Of a DNA stretch of 64,000 nt, positions 48,311 through 58,869 are shown one piece after another. The position numbers and the translations under genes were made by a program. The stretch is taken from the NCBI GenBank assembly GCA_934086935.1, contig CAKOIQ010000002.1, positions 4,736 to 68,735 of the forward strand, read 5' to 3'. Each line of letters begins with the position of its first letter. Within the stretch, counting starts at the first letter, position 1. Under the pieces are notes generated by a model. The model had not been told where the DNA came from and did not search any database. It worked only from the letters and a program-made list of their open reading frames with translations. Source of the stretch: an uncultured Bacilli bacterium. Lineage in GTDB: Bacteria > Bacillota_I > Bacilli_A > RF39 > UBA660.

Positions 48311-49174
48311 TTAATTAATAATTTTTTGTTCAAGAATTAAATCTATATTATATTTATTTTTTACTTCTTTTGTAATGAAATTAATTAAAGACGTAATGTC
48401 TTTACTAGTGGCATTTCCGGTATTTACGATGAAATTGGCATGTTTAGTTGAAACCATTGCTCCACCTATTTGATAACCTTTTAAACCTAAATCTTCAATT
48501 AATTTACCAGCAAATAAACCTTCAGGATTTCTAAAAACTGAACCAGCATTTGGATATTCTAGAGGTTGAGTTGATAATCTTTTGTCTAAACGTTCTTTTA
48601 CTAGTGTTAATGATTCCTCTTTAGAACCAGGTTTTAAAGTTAAAGTAGCTTTTAAAATAATTAAGTCTCTAGTTTGTAAGTTGGAAGTTCGATATGAAAA
48701 AGATAAATCATTTTTCTTAATTATCTTTACTTTATTATTTTCCAAAACTTCTAATTCTGTTACATAGTTAGATATTTCATCTTTATAAGCACCGGCATTT
48801 CCGACAATTGAAGCACCTAAAGTTCCAGGAATACCACTAGCCCACTCTAAACCTGTTAGATTATGATTTATAGATTCGTTAGCTAAGTTAATAAGTAGAT
48901 TAGAAGCTCCAGATATAATAGTATTTTTATTAATAGTTAATTCTTTAAAATCTAATTTGATAACTATTCCTTTATAACGATCTGGTAAAATTATATTAGA
49001 ACCATTACCTAAAATAAAATATTTTTTATTATTATCTTTTAAATATTTAATTAAGTTAGTTAATTTCACAACATTATCAACAATTATTAAATAGTCACAT
49101 ATAGAGTGAATTTTATAAGTATTATAAGCATATAAATCTTGTTTTTTAAATACTTTTCCATAGTTAGAATACAT
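48311..49174 (-). CDS. murB: UDP-N-acetylenolpyruvoylglucosamine reductase
   Basis: 287 aa with the FAD-binding domain (FILGNGSNIIL) and C-terminal NAGSVFRNPEG of MurB. Confidence 0.8.
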   Translation of the reverse strand: MYSNYGKVFKKQDLYAYNTYKIHSICDYLIIVDNVVKLTNLIKYLKDNNKKYFILGNGSNIILPDRYKGIVIKLDFKELTINKNTIISGASNLLINLANESINHNLTGLEWASGIPGTLGASIVGNAGAYKDEISNYVTELEVLENNKVKIIKKNDLSFSYRTSNLQTRDLIILKATLTLKPGSKEESLTLVKERLDKRLSTQPLEYPNAGSVFRNPEGLFAGKLIEDLGLKGYQIGGAMVSTKHANFIVNTGNATSKDITSLINFITKEVKNKYNIDLILEQKIIN

Positions 49175-49219
49175 AGCATCACCTAAGTTAATTATATTCT
49201 ATTTAAAGAAAAAAAGCAT

Positions 49220-51217
49220 CTATTTAATGCTTTTTGCTTGTCTTTGTTTAATTTTAGGAATTACTTTCTTAAATTCTGCTATAAATGGAACTATTAATTC
49301 TTTATTATCAAATATTTTAACTAATTCTTCTTGAGTATAATTTGATGAAGTAAATCTTTCATTACCATTTAAGACTTTTAGAGCTATACTAAATAATAAT
49401 TCGGGTCCAATTTTAGGATTTAATTTAGAAAAAGAAGGAAGGCCGACTAAATCAATTGGATCAATATCTTTTTTGGTATATACTTTTTCTTCTGGTTTTT
49501 GGAAAGATAAAGATTGAACTCTTATATATGGAATTAAATACATTTGTAAATATTGTTTTTCACATATTGATAATAAACCTAGATGATGTTCACATAGATT
49601 GGTTCCATATGCTTTAATTAATAATTCTTTATCTTCACTTGGTAAACATGTTTCAAATACTTTAAGGATGTTTTCTCTAGGTATATTTGGTAATAAAGTA
49701 AATAAATTTTGTTTTGAATCTGATGAAGTTTGTGAGTCAGTTCCTTTATCTTTTCTTAAAATTAAAGGCAGTGATTTAAAAATTAAATTTGATAGACGAT
49801 GTTGATCTTGATTATTTATTGGGATTTCTTTACGACGATATAAATCTTCATCATAATATCTAGTAATAAGATTTTGATTAGTTTTATCTAAAGTACTGAT
49901 TGCATATTTTAGATCAATTGGTGAATAACCTGGGAAGAATTTAGTTAATCTTACTCGGCAAATTTCTTTATGAGTATTATTTAATTTAACTTCATCTAAA
50001 ATGCCACTATTAGCATTATTTAATGATTTTATAACAGGGTCATTTCTTAATACTTTAAGAGCTTTAGATTCTTCTTGTCTAATTCTTTCACGAGTTACAT
50101 TAAACATTTTACCTATTTCATCTAAAGTTTTCTTTTCTTCACCTAAAAGACCAAAACGATAAATAATTATCTTGATTTGTCGTTCTGTAAGTTTAGAACC
50201 ATATATTGCTTTTACAATAGCGTCACTAAAATCTTTTTTAATAAAATCTTCTTCAATTTTAGTATCTTGATCAGGAATAAAATCTTCTAAGGATGCGTCT
50301 GGTTCTTCTAGTCTTATTGGAGAATTAATACTAATTTCTGGACGAATAATAGAAAAGGCATCTTCAATTTTTGATACTGAATAATCAGTTAATTCAGATA
50401 ATTCTTCAATGGTTGGTTCTTTACCAGTTTCATCATGAATACGTTTAGCAGTAGCGCTTACTTTGTATTTCATAGATTTAATATAATCTGGATATCTTAT
50501 TGTTGTTGATGAATAATTAATGAATCTTTTTATAGATTGTTTTATCCACCAAGTAGCATATGTTGAAAATCTATAACCTTTACTTACATCAAATTTTTCA
50601 ATGGCTCTAATTAAACCAAATACTCCTTCTTGAGTTAAATCATTCATAGTAATGGTTGAAGATATTAAACGATATTTTTTAGCAATTGAGATTACTAATC
50701 TTAAATTATGTTTAATTAAAATGTCTGTTGATTCTTGATCTCCATTTTGGGATTTAATAATAAGACTTCTAGTTTCCGCTGGAGTTAATAATCGATATTT
50801 TCTTGTTTCATTTAAAAACATAGATTGTGATGGTCCAACATAGTCTTCATTAATAGTAATCTTATTATCATCTAATTCTAATTTGTTAATATCAATATCT
50901 TTTTTATCACAGAAAACTTCAATTATTTCACAGGTAATTTCATCTGGTACTAAAGATTCCAGACTACTTTCTTGAATAAATCCTAAATATTTATTTAAAA
51001 TAGATTTGATTAAATCATTAACTACTTCATTAGATAATAATAATTCATCAATTTTTTCATAAGTTACATTATCTTCGTTATTATCACATAATTTAAAGAA
51101 ATAGTTAGAAATACGTAGTAATGATTTTATATTTTCATTTGGTTTATCACTAATTCTAATTTTTTCTTCTATATATGCTTTTATTAATTGTTTTTTCTCT
51201 TCCATATTATTTTTCAT
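49220..51217 (-). CDS. Sigma-70 family RNA polymerase sigma factor (group 1/2-like regions 1.2-4) with ~265-aa C-terminal extension
   Basis: 665 aa. Region 1.2 is [16 protein letters not shown], region 2 is [18 protein letters not shown]...[37 protein letters not shown], region 3 is present, and region 4 is [49 protein letters not shown] ending near residue 400. The C-terminal extension holds two further r4-helix-like motifs. A terminator hairpin lies at 49188-49217. Confidence 0.8.
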   Translation of the reverse strand: MKNNMEEKKQLIKAYIEEKIRISDKPNENIKSLLRISNYFFKLCDNNEDNVTYEKIDELLLSNEVVNDLIKSILNKYLGFIQESSLESLVPDEITCEIIEVFCDKKDIDINKLELDDNKITINEDYVGPSQSMFLNETRKYRLLTPAETRSLIIKSQNGDQESTDILIKHNLRLVISIAKKYRLISSTITMNDLTQEGVFGLIRAIEKFDVSKGYRFSTYATWWIKQSIKRFINYSSTTIRYPDYIKSMKYKVSATAKRIHDETGKEPTIEELSELTDYSVSKIEDAFSIIRPEISINSPIRLEEPDASLEDFIPDQDTKIEEDFIKKDFSDAIVKAIYGSKLTERQIKIIIYRFGLLGEEKKTLDEIGKMFNVTRERIRQEESKALKVLRNDPVIKSLNNANSGILDEVKLNNTHKEICRVRLTKFFPGYSPIDLKYAISTLDKTNQNLITRYYDEDLYRRKEIPINNQDQHRLSNLIFKSLPLILRKDKGTDSQTSSDSKQNLFTLLPNIPRENILKVFETCLPSEDKELLIKAYGTNLCEHHLGLLSICEKQYLQMYLIPYIRVQSLSFQKPEEKVYTKKDIDPIDLVGLPSFSKLNPKIGPELLFSIALKVLNGNERFTSSNYTQEELVKIFDNKELIVPFIAEFKKVIPKIKQRQAKSIK

Positions 51218-52826
51218 CCTTTCTATCTACTGGCTTAAGTACCATTTCTTTTGGTTTTTTAGATAACGAATTAAATTCATTTATGGTTTGAGTAACGATA
51301 TAATTGATTTCCTCATCAGTTAAATTAAATTGAGAAAATAGTTTTTTATAAATATAATCACTTGTTTCAGTAACACCTAGTTTAATAGCAGTAATTATTT
51401 GTTCATCGATGGTTTGATTTGTAAGAGGTAAACTAGTTTGTCTTTGTTTTCTTAATTGTCTTCCTATTTTAGGATAAATAATATTTTTAATTTCAATTAA
51501 AGATTCACTTGGTAATGTAACTAGTAAAGGATTTTCTAAATCATAATTATGAAAAGCATATACTAGTTCTTTTTCACGTTCTGATAATAATGATAAAGCA
51601 TAATTTATTTCATCTTTAGTAAAGAATTCAAATGTTGTATAGATTGATTGAGGAAGAGTTACTCGGCGAATTTTAGTTAATTCTTCTAAGGATATTTTAC
51701 CTTCATTGTATTTTATTATATTTCTTTTTAGGCGTTTAATTACGGTTGTTATTCGTTGCTCTTCTTCATCTGAAAGAACATGATATTCTTTTAATGAAGA
51801 CCCATATTTTTTAAAGATAAGTTGTTTATCTAACTCTGAATAACTTTCAATTATACGTTTTAATAAATCTTGAGATATTTCTGGTAGTCTTTCATTTAAG
51901 GTTTTATTTTTTAATTTTCTTTCGAAGTGACCTCTTGTAATATTTGATCGCATTAAATGAAGAATACAAACTATTCTATCTTCAGATTGAGAATCAATCT
52001 TATGGGCTTCAGTTAAATCGGCTCCAAATTTTCTAGTTATTAGATTTTTATCTTTTTCTGTTAAAGATGCTATGTAAGTAATTATTTGTTCTGGAGTATA
52101 TTCGGGCATTCTTTCAAAAATGTTTTTTATTTTAGAACCAGATACTGCTAATTTTGGTGTACTTGATTTAGTTTGATATTTAGGAGTTGGGCTTTTTTCT
52201 TTTTCTGTTATAATTGGTAATTTGATGGGATTAATTGGATCTGTAATGGTACTTTGTAATTTATTTAAACGATTAATGATTAAGCTTTTATAACTGGTTA
52301 CTAAAGTTAATATGTGATTAATATTAATATTTAATCTTCTAGCAATAATATCTTCAGGAAGATTTTTTCCATAAAAACCAAAGCGTAATTTTAAGATTTC
52401 TTTTGTTCTTGAATCAGCAGATAATTCAAATTGATCAATGATATATCTTTTTATTTGTGGGTAGACTCTTTCGTCAATACTTAAAGTAAATTCATTTATG
52501 ACATTATTGGCAAAAGTTTCTGATTTACTACCTAATGCGGGTTGAGGATTTTTGGTTAAATAATTTTTTATTTTGTTATATATACAAGAAACAGCTGTCT
52601 CATAAAAGTTTTGGTTTTGGTAAGAAGTTATTGCTTCATTTAAACCGGTAAGGCCTAAACTGAATAGTAATTCATAAGAATATGGTGTTTCTTTGAATTT
52701 TCCTTCTATTATCTTTTCTATTAATTCATAGTTATGTTTAATCAAGATATCTTTTGCTTGCTTATCACCGTTTTTAAAACGTTGTAATAGTTCCTGTGTT
52801 TCACTCACACTTAAAATCTTTGCCAT
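51207..52826 (-). CDS. Degenerate sigma-70 paralog ('pseudo-sigma'): region-2-like N-terminus lacking the aromatic melting residues, one r4-like HTH and three r4-helix-like repeats
   Basis: The likely start is MAKILSV at 52826 (RBS GGAGGGG); the ORF-track start at 52877 is upstream of the promoter. The N-terminus aligns with its neighbour's r1.2/r2 (NGD..DILIKHN; [15 protein letters not shown] vs [14 protein letters not shown]; [17 protein letters not shown] vs [17 protein letters not shown]). It also carries [26 protein letters not shown], then [18 protein letters not shown] and VYAFHNYDL repeats. It overlaps the sigma gene by 11 nt. Confidence 0.6.
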   Translation of the reverse strand: MAKILSVSETQELLQRFKNGDKQAKDILIKHNYELIEKIIEGKFKETPYSYELLFSLGLTGLNEAITSYQNQNFYETAVSCIYNKIKNYLTKNPQPALGSKSETFANNVINEFTLSIDERVYPQIKRYIIDQFELSADSRTKEILKLRFGFYGKNLPEDIIARRLNININHILTLVTSYKSLIINRLNKLQSTITDPINPIKLPIITEKEKSPTPKYQTKSSTPKLAVSGSKIKNIFERMPEYTPEQIITYIASLTEKDKNLITRKFGADLTEAHKIDSQSEDRIVCILHLMRSNITRGHFERKLKNKTLNERLPEISQDLLKRIIESYSELDKQLIFKKYGSSLKEYHVLSDEEEQRITTVIKRLKRNIIKYNEGKISLEELTKIRRVTLPQSIYTTFEFFTKDEINYALSLLSEREKELVYAFHNYDLENPLLVTLPSESLIEIKNIIYPKIGRQLRKQRQTSLPLTNQTIDEQIITAIKLGVTETSDYIYKKLFSQFNLTDEEINYIVTQTINEFNSLSKKPKEMVLKPVDRKDEK

Positions 52827-52848
52827 AAACCCCTCCGTTTTGGTGCCT

Positions 52849-52877
52849 ATAATACACCAAAATAGCGAAAATTGCAA
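52849..52877 (-). promoter_or_regulatory. Sigma-A-type promoter (-35 TTGCAA, 17-bp spacer, -10 TATTAT) for the pseudo-sigma/sigma operon
   Basis: Minus-strand reading is TTGCAAttttcgctattttggtgTATTATagg, about 22 nt upstream of the RBS. Confidence 0.5.
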
Positions 52878-52911
52878 GAAAAAACTACTAATCTAATGAG
52901 TTAGTAGTTTT
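52875..52911 (-). terminator. Rho-independent terminator of valS (11-bp stem aaaactactaa/ttagtagtttt enclosing the stop codon, then UUUUUUCUU)
   Basis: Perfect inverted repeat immediately followed by a T-run on the minus strand, overlapping the -35 of the next promoter. Confidence 0.65.
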
Positions 52912-55418
52912 AATAATTTTTCATCATTTTCTAATTTGGCTTTTTCGTCAGCAACTAATTTTTCTGGTGCTTTGTTAACAAAGTTTTCATTAGCTAATAA
53001 TTGTTTACGTTTATTTATACTTTGTTTTAAGCTTTCTATTTGTTTTTCTTTTTGACGGATATCTTCTTCAGTTATTTCTTTTTCATAGTAGATTGAAGCA
53101 TTAAATGGGCCAAAATTAACTTTATATTCAGTAATATCTAATGGTTTATCAATAATATTTTCAGTTAGTTTTAACATTTTAATAATTAAAGTATAATCTT
53201 CTTCATTATTAAACTTAACTGATAAGTCCTTTGTGATGTTGTTTTCTTGTTTAATGTTTCTAAATGTTTTGATAAATCCAATGGTATTTTCGATTAATTC
53301 TTCTTCTTTTTGGAAGTTAAATTCTTTATTTACGGTTGGATAATCACTTATCATGATGCTTTCATGGGTTTTGATTGGTAACATACTATAAATTTCTTCA
53401 GTTACGAATGGCATGATTGGATGCATCATTTTTAAGATATTAGTTATTACATAACAAAGAGTACTTTGAGTTGATGGATTGTCTAAAGTAAATTTACACA
53501 TTTCAATGTATGAATCACAGAAGTCACTCCAGATAAAATCATAAAGCATGGTTCCAACATTGTTAAATTCATATTTTTCCATAGATTTAGTAACGTTTTT
53601 AATTATTTTATTTAACTTAGATAAGATCCATTTATCTTTTGTATCTATTTCTTTAAAGTCATATTCTTTTAAAGATTCAATATTCATTAAACAGAAACGA
53701 CTAGCATTCCACAATTTATTGATGAAATTCCAAGTTGATTTAACTTTTTCTTCATCATATCTTAAATCTTGACCTGGTGCAGATGAGGTTGCTAAGAAGT
53801 ATCTTAGGGCATCACATCCATATTCTTCGATAACATCCATAGGGTCTACTCCGTTACCTAAACTTTTTGACATTTTTCTTCCTTGATTATCACGAATTAG
53901 GCCATGAATTAAGCAATCTTTAAATGGTCTTTGACCAGTAAAATGTAAGCCTTGGAATGTCATTCTATTTACCCAAAATGGGATAATGTCATATCCTGTT
54001 ACTAATACATTATTAGGATAATATCTTTCTAAAAGATTTGTTTTTTCTGGGAATCCTAAGGTACTAAATGGCCATAAAGCACTTGAAAACCATGTATCTA
54101 AGACATCTGGGTCTTGAGTCCATCCTTCTTCTTTAGGAGCTTCTACTCCAACATATACTTCATCACCTTTATACCAAGCAGGAATACGATGTCCCCACCA
54201 TAATTGTCTAGAAATGCACCAATCATAAGTGATTTCCATCCAGTGATTCATAATTTTTTCGAATCTTTCTGGGACAAAATTTACTTTAGTATCTTTATTT
54301 TTTTGATTTTCTAAAACACGATCAGCAAGTGGTCTCATTTTAACAAACCATTGTTTTGATAGATATGGTTCTACCATTACTCCACTTCTTTGAGAGTGTC
54401 CTACTGAGTGAGTCATTTCCTCAATTTTAATTAATAAGCCTTCATTTTTTAAATCTTCGACAAGGGCTTTACGACATTCGAAACGGTCCATTCCTTCGTA
54501 TTTTAAGGCATTTTTATTCATGGTACCATCAGGATTAATAACGATGATTCTTTCTAGGTTGTGTCTATTTCCTACTTCAAAGTCGTTGGGATCATGAGCT
54601 GGAGTTATTTTTACGACACCAGTACCAAATTCAGGATCAGCATGATCATCACCAATAATAGGTATTAATTTATTTACAACTGGTAAGATACAATTTTTAC
54701 CAATTAGATGTTTGTATCTTTCATCACTTGGATTAACAGCTACAGCAGTATCACCAAATAAAGTTTCTGGTCTTGTTGTTGCTACTTCTAGGTAGTCATT
54801 AGTGCCTTCAATAAAGTATTTTATGTGATAGAAGGCTCCTGGTACATCTTTATATTCTACTTCTTCATTAGAAAGTGCTGTCATAGCGTATGGATCCCAG
54901 TTAATAATTCTTTCTCCACGATAAATTAATCCTTCATTATAAAGAGTTACAAAAACGTGTTTTACAGCATCACTTAAGCCTTCATCTAAAGTAAATCTCT
55001 CTTTAGTATAATCTAGGCTTAAACCTAGTTTAGCCCATTGCCTTTTTATATTATCAGCATATTCATTTTTCCAATCCCAAGCATATGTAAGCCACTCTTC
55101 TCTTGATATTGATCTAGGATTTATTCCCATATCTCTTAATTTAGCATCAACTTTAGCTTGAGTTGCAATTCCGGCATGATCCATGCCAGGAACCCATAAA
55201 GCATCAAAGCCCTGCATTCTCTTAAATCTAATTATTATATCTTGTAGGGTTGTATCCCAAGCATGACCTAAATGTAGTTTACCAGTTACATTAGGAGGCG
55301 GAATCACAATTGAATATGGCTTTTTAGAAACATCTCCACTTTCAAAGTATTTATGATTTAACCAATATGAATATTTCCCTTCTTCAACTTGCTTATGTTC
55401 ATATTTTTTATCTAACAT
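52893..55418 (-). CDS. valS: Valyl-tRNA synthetase
   Basis: 841 aa with HIGH ([15 protein letters not shown]), KMSKS ([10 protein letters not shown]), an editing domain and the C-terminal coiled coil typical of ValRS. Confidence 0.92.
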   Translation of the reverse strand: MLDKKYEHKQVEEGKYSYWLNHKYFESGDVSKKPYSIVIPPPNVTGKLHLGHAWDTTLQDIIIRFKRMQGFDALWVPGMDHAGIATQAKVDAKLRDMGINPRSISREEWLTYAWDWKNEYADNIKRQWAKLGLSLDYTKERFTLDEGLSDAVKHVFVTLYNEGLIYRGERIINWDPYAMTALSNEEVEYKDVPGAFYHIKYFIEGTNDYLEVATTRPETLFGDTAVAVNPSDERYKHLIGKNCILPVVNKLIPIIGDDHADPEFGTGVVKITPAHDPNDFEVGNRHNLERIIVINPDGTMNKNALKYEGMDRFECRKALVEDLKNEGLLIKIEEMTHSVGHSQRSGVMVEPYLSKQWFVKMRPLADRVLENQKNKDTKVNFVPERFEKIMNHWMEITYDWCISRQLWWGHRIPAWYKGDEVYVGVEAPKEEGWTQDPDVLDTWFSSALWPFSTLGFPEKTNLLERYYPNNVLVTGYDIIPFWVNRMTFQGLHFTGQRPFKDCLIHGLIRDNQGRKMSKSLGNGVDPMDVIEEYGCDALRYFLATSSAPGQDLRYDEEKVKSTWNFINKLWNASRFCLMNIESLKEYDFKEIDTKDKWILSKLNKIIKNVTKSMEKYEFNNVGTMLYDFIWSDFCDSYIEMCKFTLDNPSTQSTLCYVITNILKMMHPIMPFVTEEIYSMLPIKTHESIMISDYPTVNKEFNFQKEEELIENTIGFIKTFRNIKQENNITKDLSVKFNNEEDYTLIIKMLKLTENIIDKPLDITEYKVNFGPFNASIYYEKEITEEDIRQKEKQIESLKQSINKRKQLLANENFVNKAPEKLVADEKAKLENDEKLLKLLTH

Positions 55419-55423
55419 TTTAA

Positions 55424-56152
55424 TCAGTCCTCTTTTTCTAATTTTTCATCAATAACTCTATTTATAATTTCAAAATAAGGTTTTAAATTTTCAGGTTTAC
55501 CTAAATTATCATACATTTCATTAATATAATTATTTTCTTTAATTACTTTTAAAGAATATTGATAATTTATATCATAGATAAAAGATAATATATTTAAGAT
55601 TTTATCACCTTTAGTCTTAACATGTTTTTCATTAATACATTTTTTCTTATTAAAATCTTTATATACTTTAGGAGATACTGTATAACTTTCTAAATCACTA
55701 TTTATTATATTTTGATGAATTGTAACTAAATAAATAATATCTATTTTATCAGCATCTCTAACTATTTTACAAAATTTATTATTTTGATATTTTCTTGATA
55801 TAGCGTATTTATTATGGTAGAAAATAGCAGCATATAAATCATCTAAATCTTCTTCATTAACATTATATTTTTTGATGTAATCATCTTCTTTTAATAATTT
55901 AACTCCATACTTTCCATGATCAAAGTGATGAGAATTAAACTTACCAAATAAGTCATATTCAAAGAATCTAGCAATGTCATGAAGTAAACCAATGGTTGTA
56001 GCTAATTTAACATCATGAAGACTTAAATTTAAGTTTTCAGCTATCTTTTTAGATAAGATGGCGACTCGTTTTGAATGATAATACTTTCTATTGATACCTA
56101 ATAATTTAATATCATAATTATTAAAAATATACTCTTCAAATTCTCGATACAT
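55424..56152 (-). CDS. HD-domain phosphohydrolase
   Basis: 242 aa with H...HD (LLHDIARF) and a downstream D (RDADKID) of the HD superfamily. It lies 5 nt upstream of valS in the same orientation. Confidence 0.6.
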   Translation of the reverse strand: MYREFEEYIFNNYDIKLLGINRKYYHSKRVAILSKKIAENLNLSLHDVKLATTIGLLHDIARFFEYDLFGKFNSHHFDHGKYGVKLLKEDDYIKKYNVNEEDLDDLYAAIFYHNKYAISRKYQNNKFCKIVRDADKIDIIYLVTIHQNIINSDLESYTVSPKVYKDFNKKKCINEKHVKTKGDKILNILSFIYDINYQYSLKVIKENNYINEMYDNLGKPENLKPYFEIINRVIDEKLEKED

Positions 56153-56164
56153 TTTAACAACTCC

Positions 56165-56430
56165 TTTTTAAATAAAAAAAGTTATAAATTAAAGGACGAC
56201 TTATGGCCGTGGTACCACCTTAATTTATAACTTATTAGTTATCTTTATATATTTAACGCATATAAACGATTTTTCTCATTTTGCAACCTTCATATAATTA
56301 TATTATTAACTTACACCAAATGTTAACTCTCTATAAATATAAGTTATATTACTCCTCAAAATTCATTGAAAACTATAATTATTATAAAGGATTTTTTTAG
56401 ATATTTCAAGATAAGTTTTTTTTAATATTT
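56165..56430 (-). promoter_or_regulatory. Putative T-box riboswitch leader (tRNA-Val-responsive) preceding the HD-domain gene-valS operon
   Basis: The minus strand contains AATTAAGGTGGTACCACGGCC, matching the T-box consensus AANNNGGGUGGNACCGCG. It is enclosed by a perfect 12-bp inverted repeat GTTATAAATTAA...TTAATTTATAAC followed by UUUUUUUAUU (terminator), then RBS GGAG and the ATG of the HD gene. The upstream region is about 250 nt, as expected for Stem I. Confidence 0.5.
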
Positions 56431-56514
56431 TATGGTAAATTTTTTAAAGTTCGGATATTGATAAAATAATTATTTATTGGTATAATTATTTAAGAATAGA
56501 AAGGTGGCTTTTGT

Positions 56515-57867
56515 ATGGATGTTAAACCTGTGATTCCAAGCATAAATGAAGTATCCTTTGATGCAAAGCAATTAACTACATCAAATGCTAACCTTGTCTC
56601 TTTTAATTATGAAGATACTCCTATTACGGATATTGTTAATACAATTATTTTAGATGCAATTAAAAATAAGGCTTCAGATATTCACTTTGACCCTTCTGAT
56701 GATGGTTTAAGGATAAGAATGCGTATTGATGGTAAATTATCTGATTATAGTCATGTTCCTTTATATGTTCAAAAGAATATGATTACTCGTATTAAGATTA
56801 TTTCTGGTATGAATATTACAGAATCAAGAATTCCTCAAGATGGTGCTATTAAGAATAGTTTAGATAATATTGATGTTGATTTACGTGTTTCTTGTTTACC
56901 TACTAATTTAGGGGAAAAAGTTGTTATTCGTGTTTTAGATTATAAGATGTCTTCAGCCGGTATTGAAGAATTGGATTTTAGTAAAGAAAATTTAGCTAAA
57001 GTTAATAAAATGATTAGTTTACCTAATGGTATTATATTAGTTACTGGTGCAACTGGTACAGGTAAATCAACAACTGTATACTCTATTTTACAAAAGTTAA
57101 ATACAGAAGATAGAAATATTATTACCGTAGAAGATCCGATAGAAATGAATATTGATGGTATTAATCAAGTTCAGGTTATTCCAGAAATTGGACTTACTTT
57201 TGCGAGTGCTTTAAGAAGTATTTTACGTCAGGACCCGGATATTGTAATGATCGGAGAAATTCGTGATGATGAAACAGCACGTATTGCAGTTAGAGCTTCT
57301 ATTACTGGTCACTTAGTATTATCTACAATCCATACTAATGACTCTTTAAGTACAATTGAACGTTTAACGGATATGGAAGTTGAAAGATATTTATTAGGTG
57401 CAGCTTTATCTGGTATTATTTCCCAGAAATTAGCTAGAAGATTATGTAAGAAATGTCGAGTTGTTAGACCTACTACTGATTATGAAAAGAAAGTGTTTAA
57501 ACAAGCTTTAAATATGGACGTTAATGAAATATATGAACCTAAGGGTTGTGATGCTTGTCATCAAGGTTATAGTGGTCGTATTGCTATTCATGAGGTTTTA
57601 CTTATTAATCAAGAGATTAAAGATGCGATTGTTAGAAATGATGACAAAGCTAAACTTAGACATTTAGTATACTCTTCTGGTACAACAACAATGCTTCAAG
57701 ATGGTTTAAATAAAGTTGTTAGTGGTGAAACTTCTTTTGAAGAAATTATTAAACTTATTGATTTAGAAGATGATTTGGGTACAAATACTAATTTAGGTTT
57801 AAAAGAAACTTTAAATAATAGTAAAGTTGTTAATAGTAACAGCAATATTGAAACTTTAGATATATAA
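56515..57867 (+). CDS. Type IV pilus / T2SS assembly ATPase (PilB/GspE/ComGA family)
   Basis: 450 aa with Walker A GATGTGKSTT, Asp/His boxes and a tetracysteine motif (CKKCR...CDACHQ) typical of PilB/GspE. It is the only long plus-strand gene in its neighbourhood. Confidence 0.8.
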   Translation: MDVKPVIPSINEVSFDAKQLTTSNANLVSFNYEDTPITDIVNTIILDAIKNKASDIHFDPSDDGLRIRMRIDGKLSDYSHVPLYVQKNMITRIKIISGMNITESRIPQDGAIKNSLDNIDVDLRVSCLPTNLGEKVVIRVLDYKMSSAGIEELDFSKENLAKVNKMISLPNGIILVTGATGTGKSTTVYSILQKLNTEDRNIITVEDPIEMNIDGINQVQVIPEIGLTFASALRSILRQDPDIVMIGEIRDDETARIAVRASITGHLVLSTIHTNDSLSTIERLTDMEVERYLLGAALSGIISQKLARRLCKKCRVVRPTTDYEKKVFKQALNMDVNEIYEPKGCDACHQGYSGRIAIHEVLLINQEIKDAIVRNDDKAKLRHLVYSSGTTTMLQDGLNKVVSGETSFEEIIKLIDLEDDLGTNTNLGLKETLNNSKVVNSNSNIETLDI

Positions 57868-57871
57868 AAAA

Positions 57872-57899
57872 AAGAGATTTTTAATTAAATCTCTTTTTT
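57872..57899. terminator. Bidirectional terminator hairpin (agagattt/aaatctct) flanked by A-run and T-run
   Basis: aaaaaaaAGAGATTTttaattAAATCTCTttttt lies between the pilB-like stop (57867) and the stop of the convergent minus-strand gene (57881). Confidence 0.6.
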
Positions 57900-58869
57900 G
57901 ATACTACTAAATATGTTCCTAATGTTAAACTTGAAATCATTGTGATTACTGTAGTATAAGAATTACTTTCTTCTACTCCAGTGTAAGGTTTATCTTCAAT
58001 TGTTACAGTTGGATTTTCTCCGGCTCCTTGGCCTTTAACGAATTGATAAACATATACTACTTCAATATCTTCTTTAAAATATGTTCCTTCAGCTAATTCT
58101 TTATCAGTATCGATTTCAACATATTTAGCTTTAATTGAATTTGATTCTGTAACTTTTAATTCATTTAATGGGTTGATACTAATCGTATCGGCTGTTCCAT
58201 GAGCATTCCATCTATTGTTTTCACCATCAAGATACCAACCATCAACTGTATCTTTACATGATATATTCCATGATGATGTTTTTCCTAAGTTTAATTTAAT
58301 ACCTAGTTTACCATGGCCACTTGTGTAAATGTCATCAGCATATTTTGATGCATTGTTGTTATAGATTGCAGCGTTTACTGTTGCAACTATTTCTTCGTTT
58401 ACTGTTGTGTATGAATCGATGTATAATCCACCACCGATTGCACTATTATTATCTTTTATTACTACTTCATCACTAATAGTAATTATTTTACCTCTATTAT
58501 TGGCTTTAATATATACACCACCACCTGGGCATACAGTTTTTTTAGTACCTTTAGCACTATTAATAGCAATACCTGCATCCCTAGCGACCATTTTTTGATT
58601 GTTTGTAATTTTACCATTTGTGATGGTTAATGATGCACTATTTGCATTTGTAATAGCTACTGTGATAGTACTTTTATTTCCTATTTAATGACAACATTTT
58701 CAGTAAAATCAGTTAATAATGTAACTGTTTCTCCTTCTTTTGCAGCATTTAATGCTTCTTCTAGAGTGTCGTAATTTGTGCCAGCAACTGAAGCAGCACT
58801 TTCAGCAGCTTTTACGTTAGTGATGAATAATGAAAAAGCAGCTAATACGACTAATAAGAATTTTTTCAT
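57881..58869 (-). pseudogene. Sortase-substrate surface protein gene disrupted by a frameshift (62-aa signal-peptide ORF + 236-aa body with KPYTG sorting signal)
   Basis: 58681-58869 encodes MKKFLLVVLAAFSLFITNVKA|AESAAS... (Sec signal) and then stops. The 57881-58591 frame extends upstream without stops to 58674 (..IGNKSTITVAITNANSASLTITNGKITNNQK MVARD...) in a different frame. The body has beta-helix-like repeats and ends KPYTGVEE-SNSYTTVITMISSLTLGTYLVV-SKKRFN (sorting motif, hydrophobic stretch, basic tail). Confidence 0.55.

Noticed and set aside
49220-51217. Calling the 665-aa sigma outright as housekeeping rpoD/sigA
   Set aside because: The region 2 and 4 signatures are group-1-like, but the gene is not in a dnaG context, has a long C-terminal extension, and is paired with a degenerate paralog. 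I left it as sigma-70 family with the identity unresolved.
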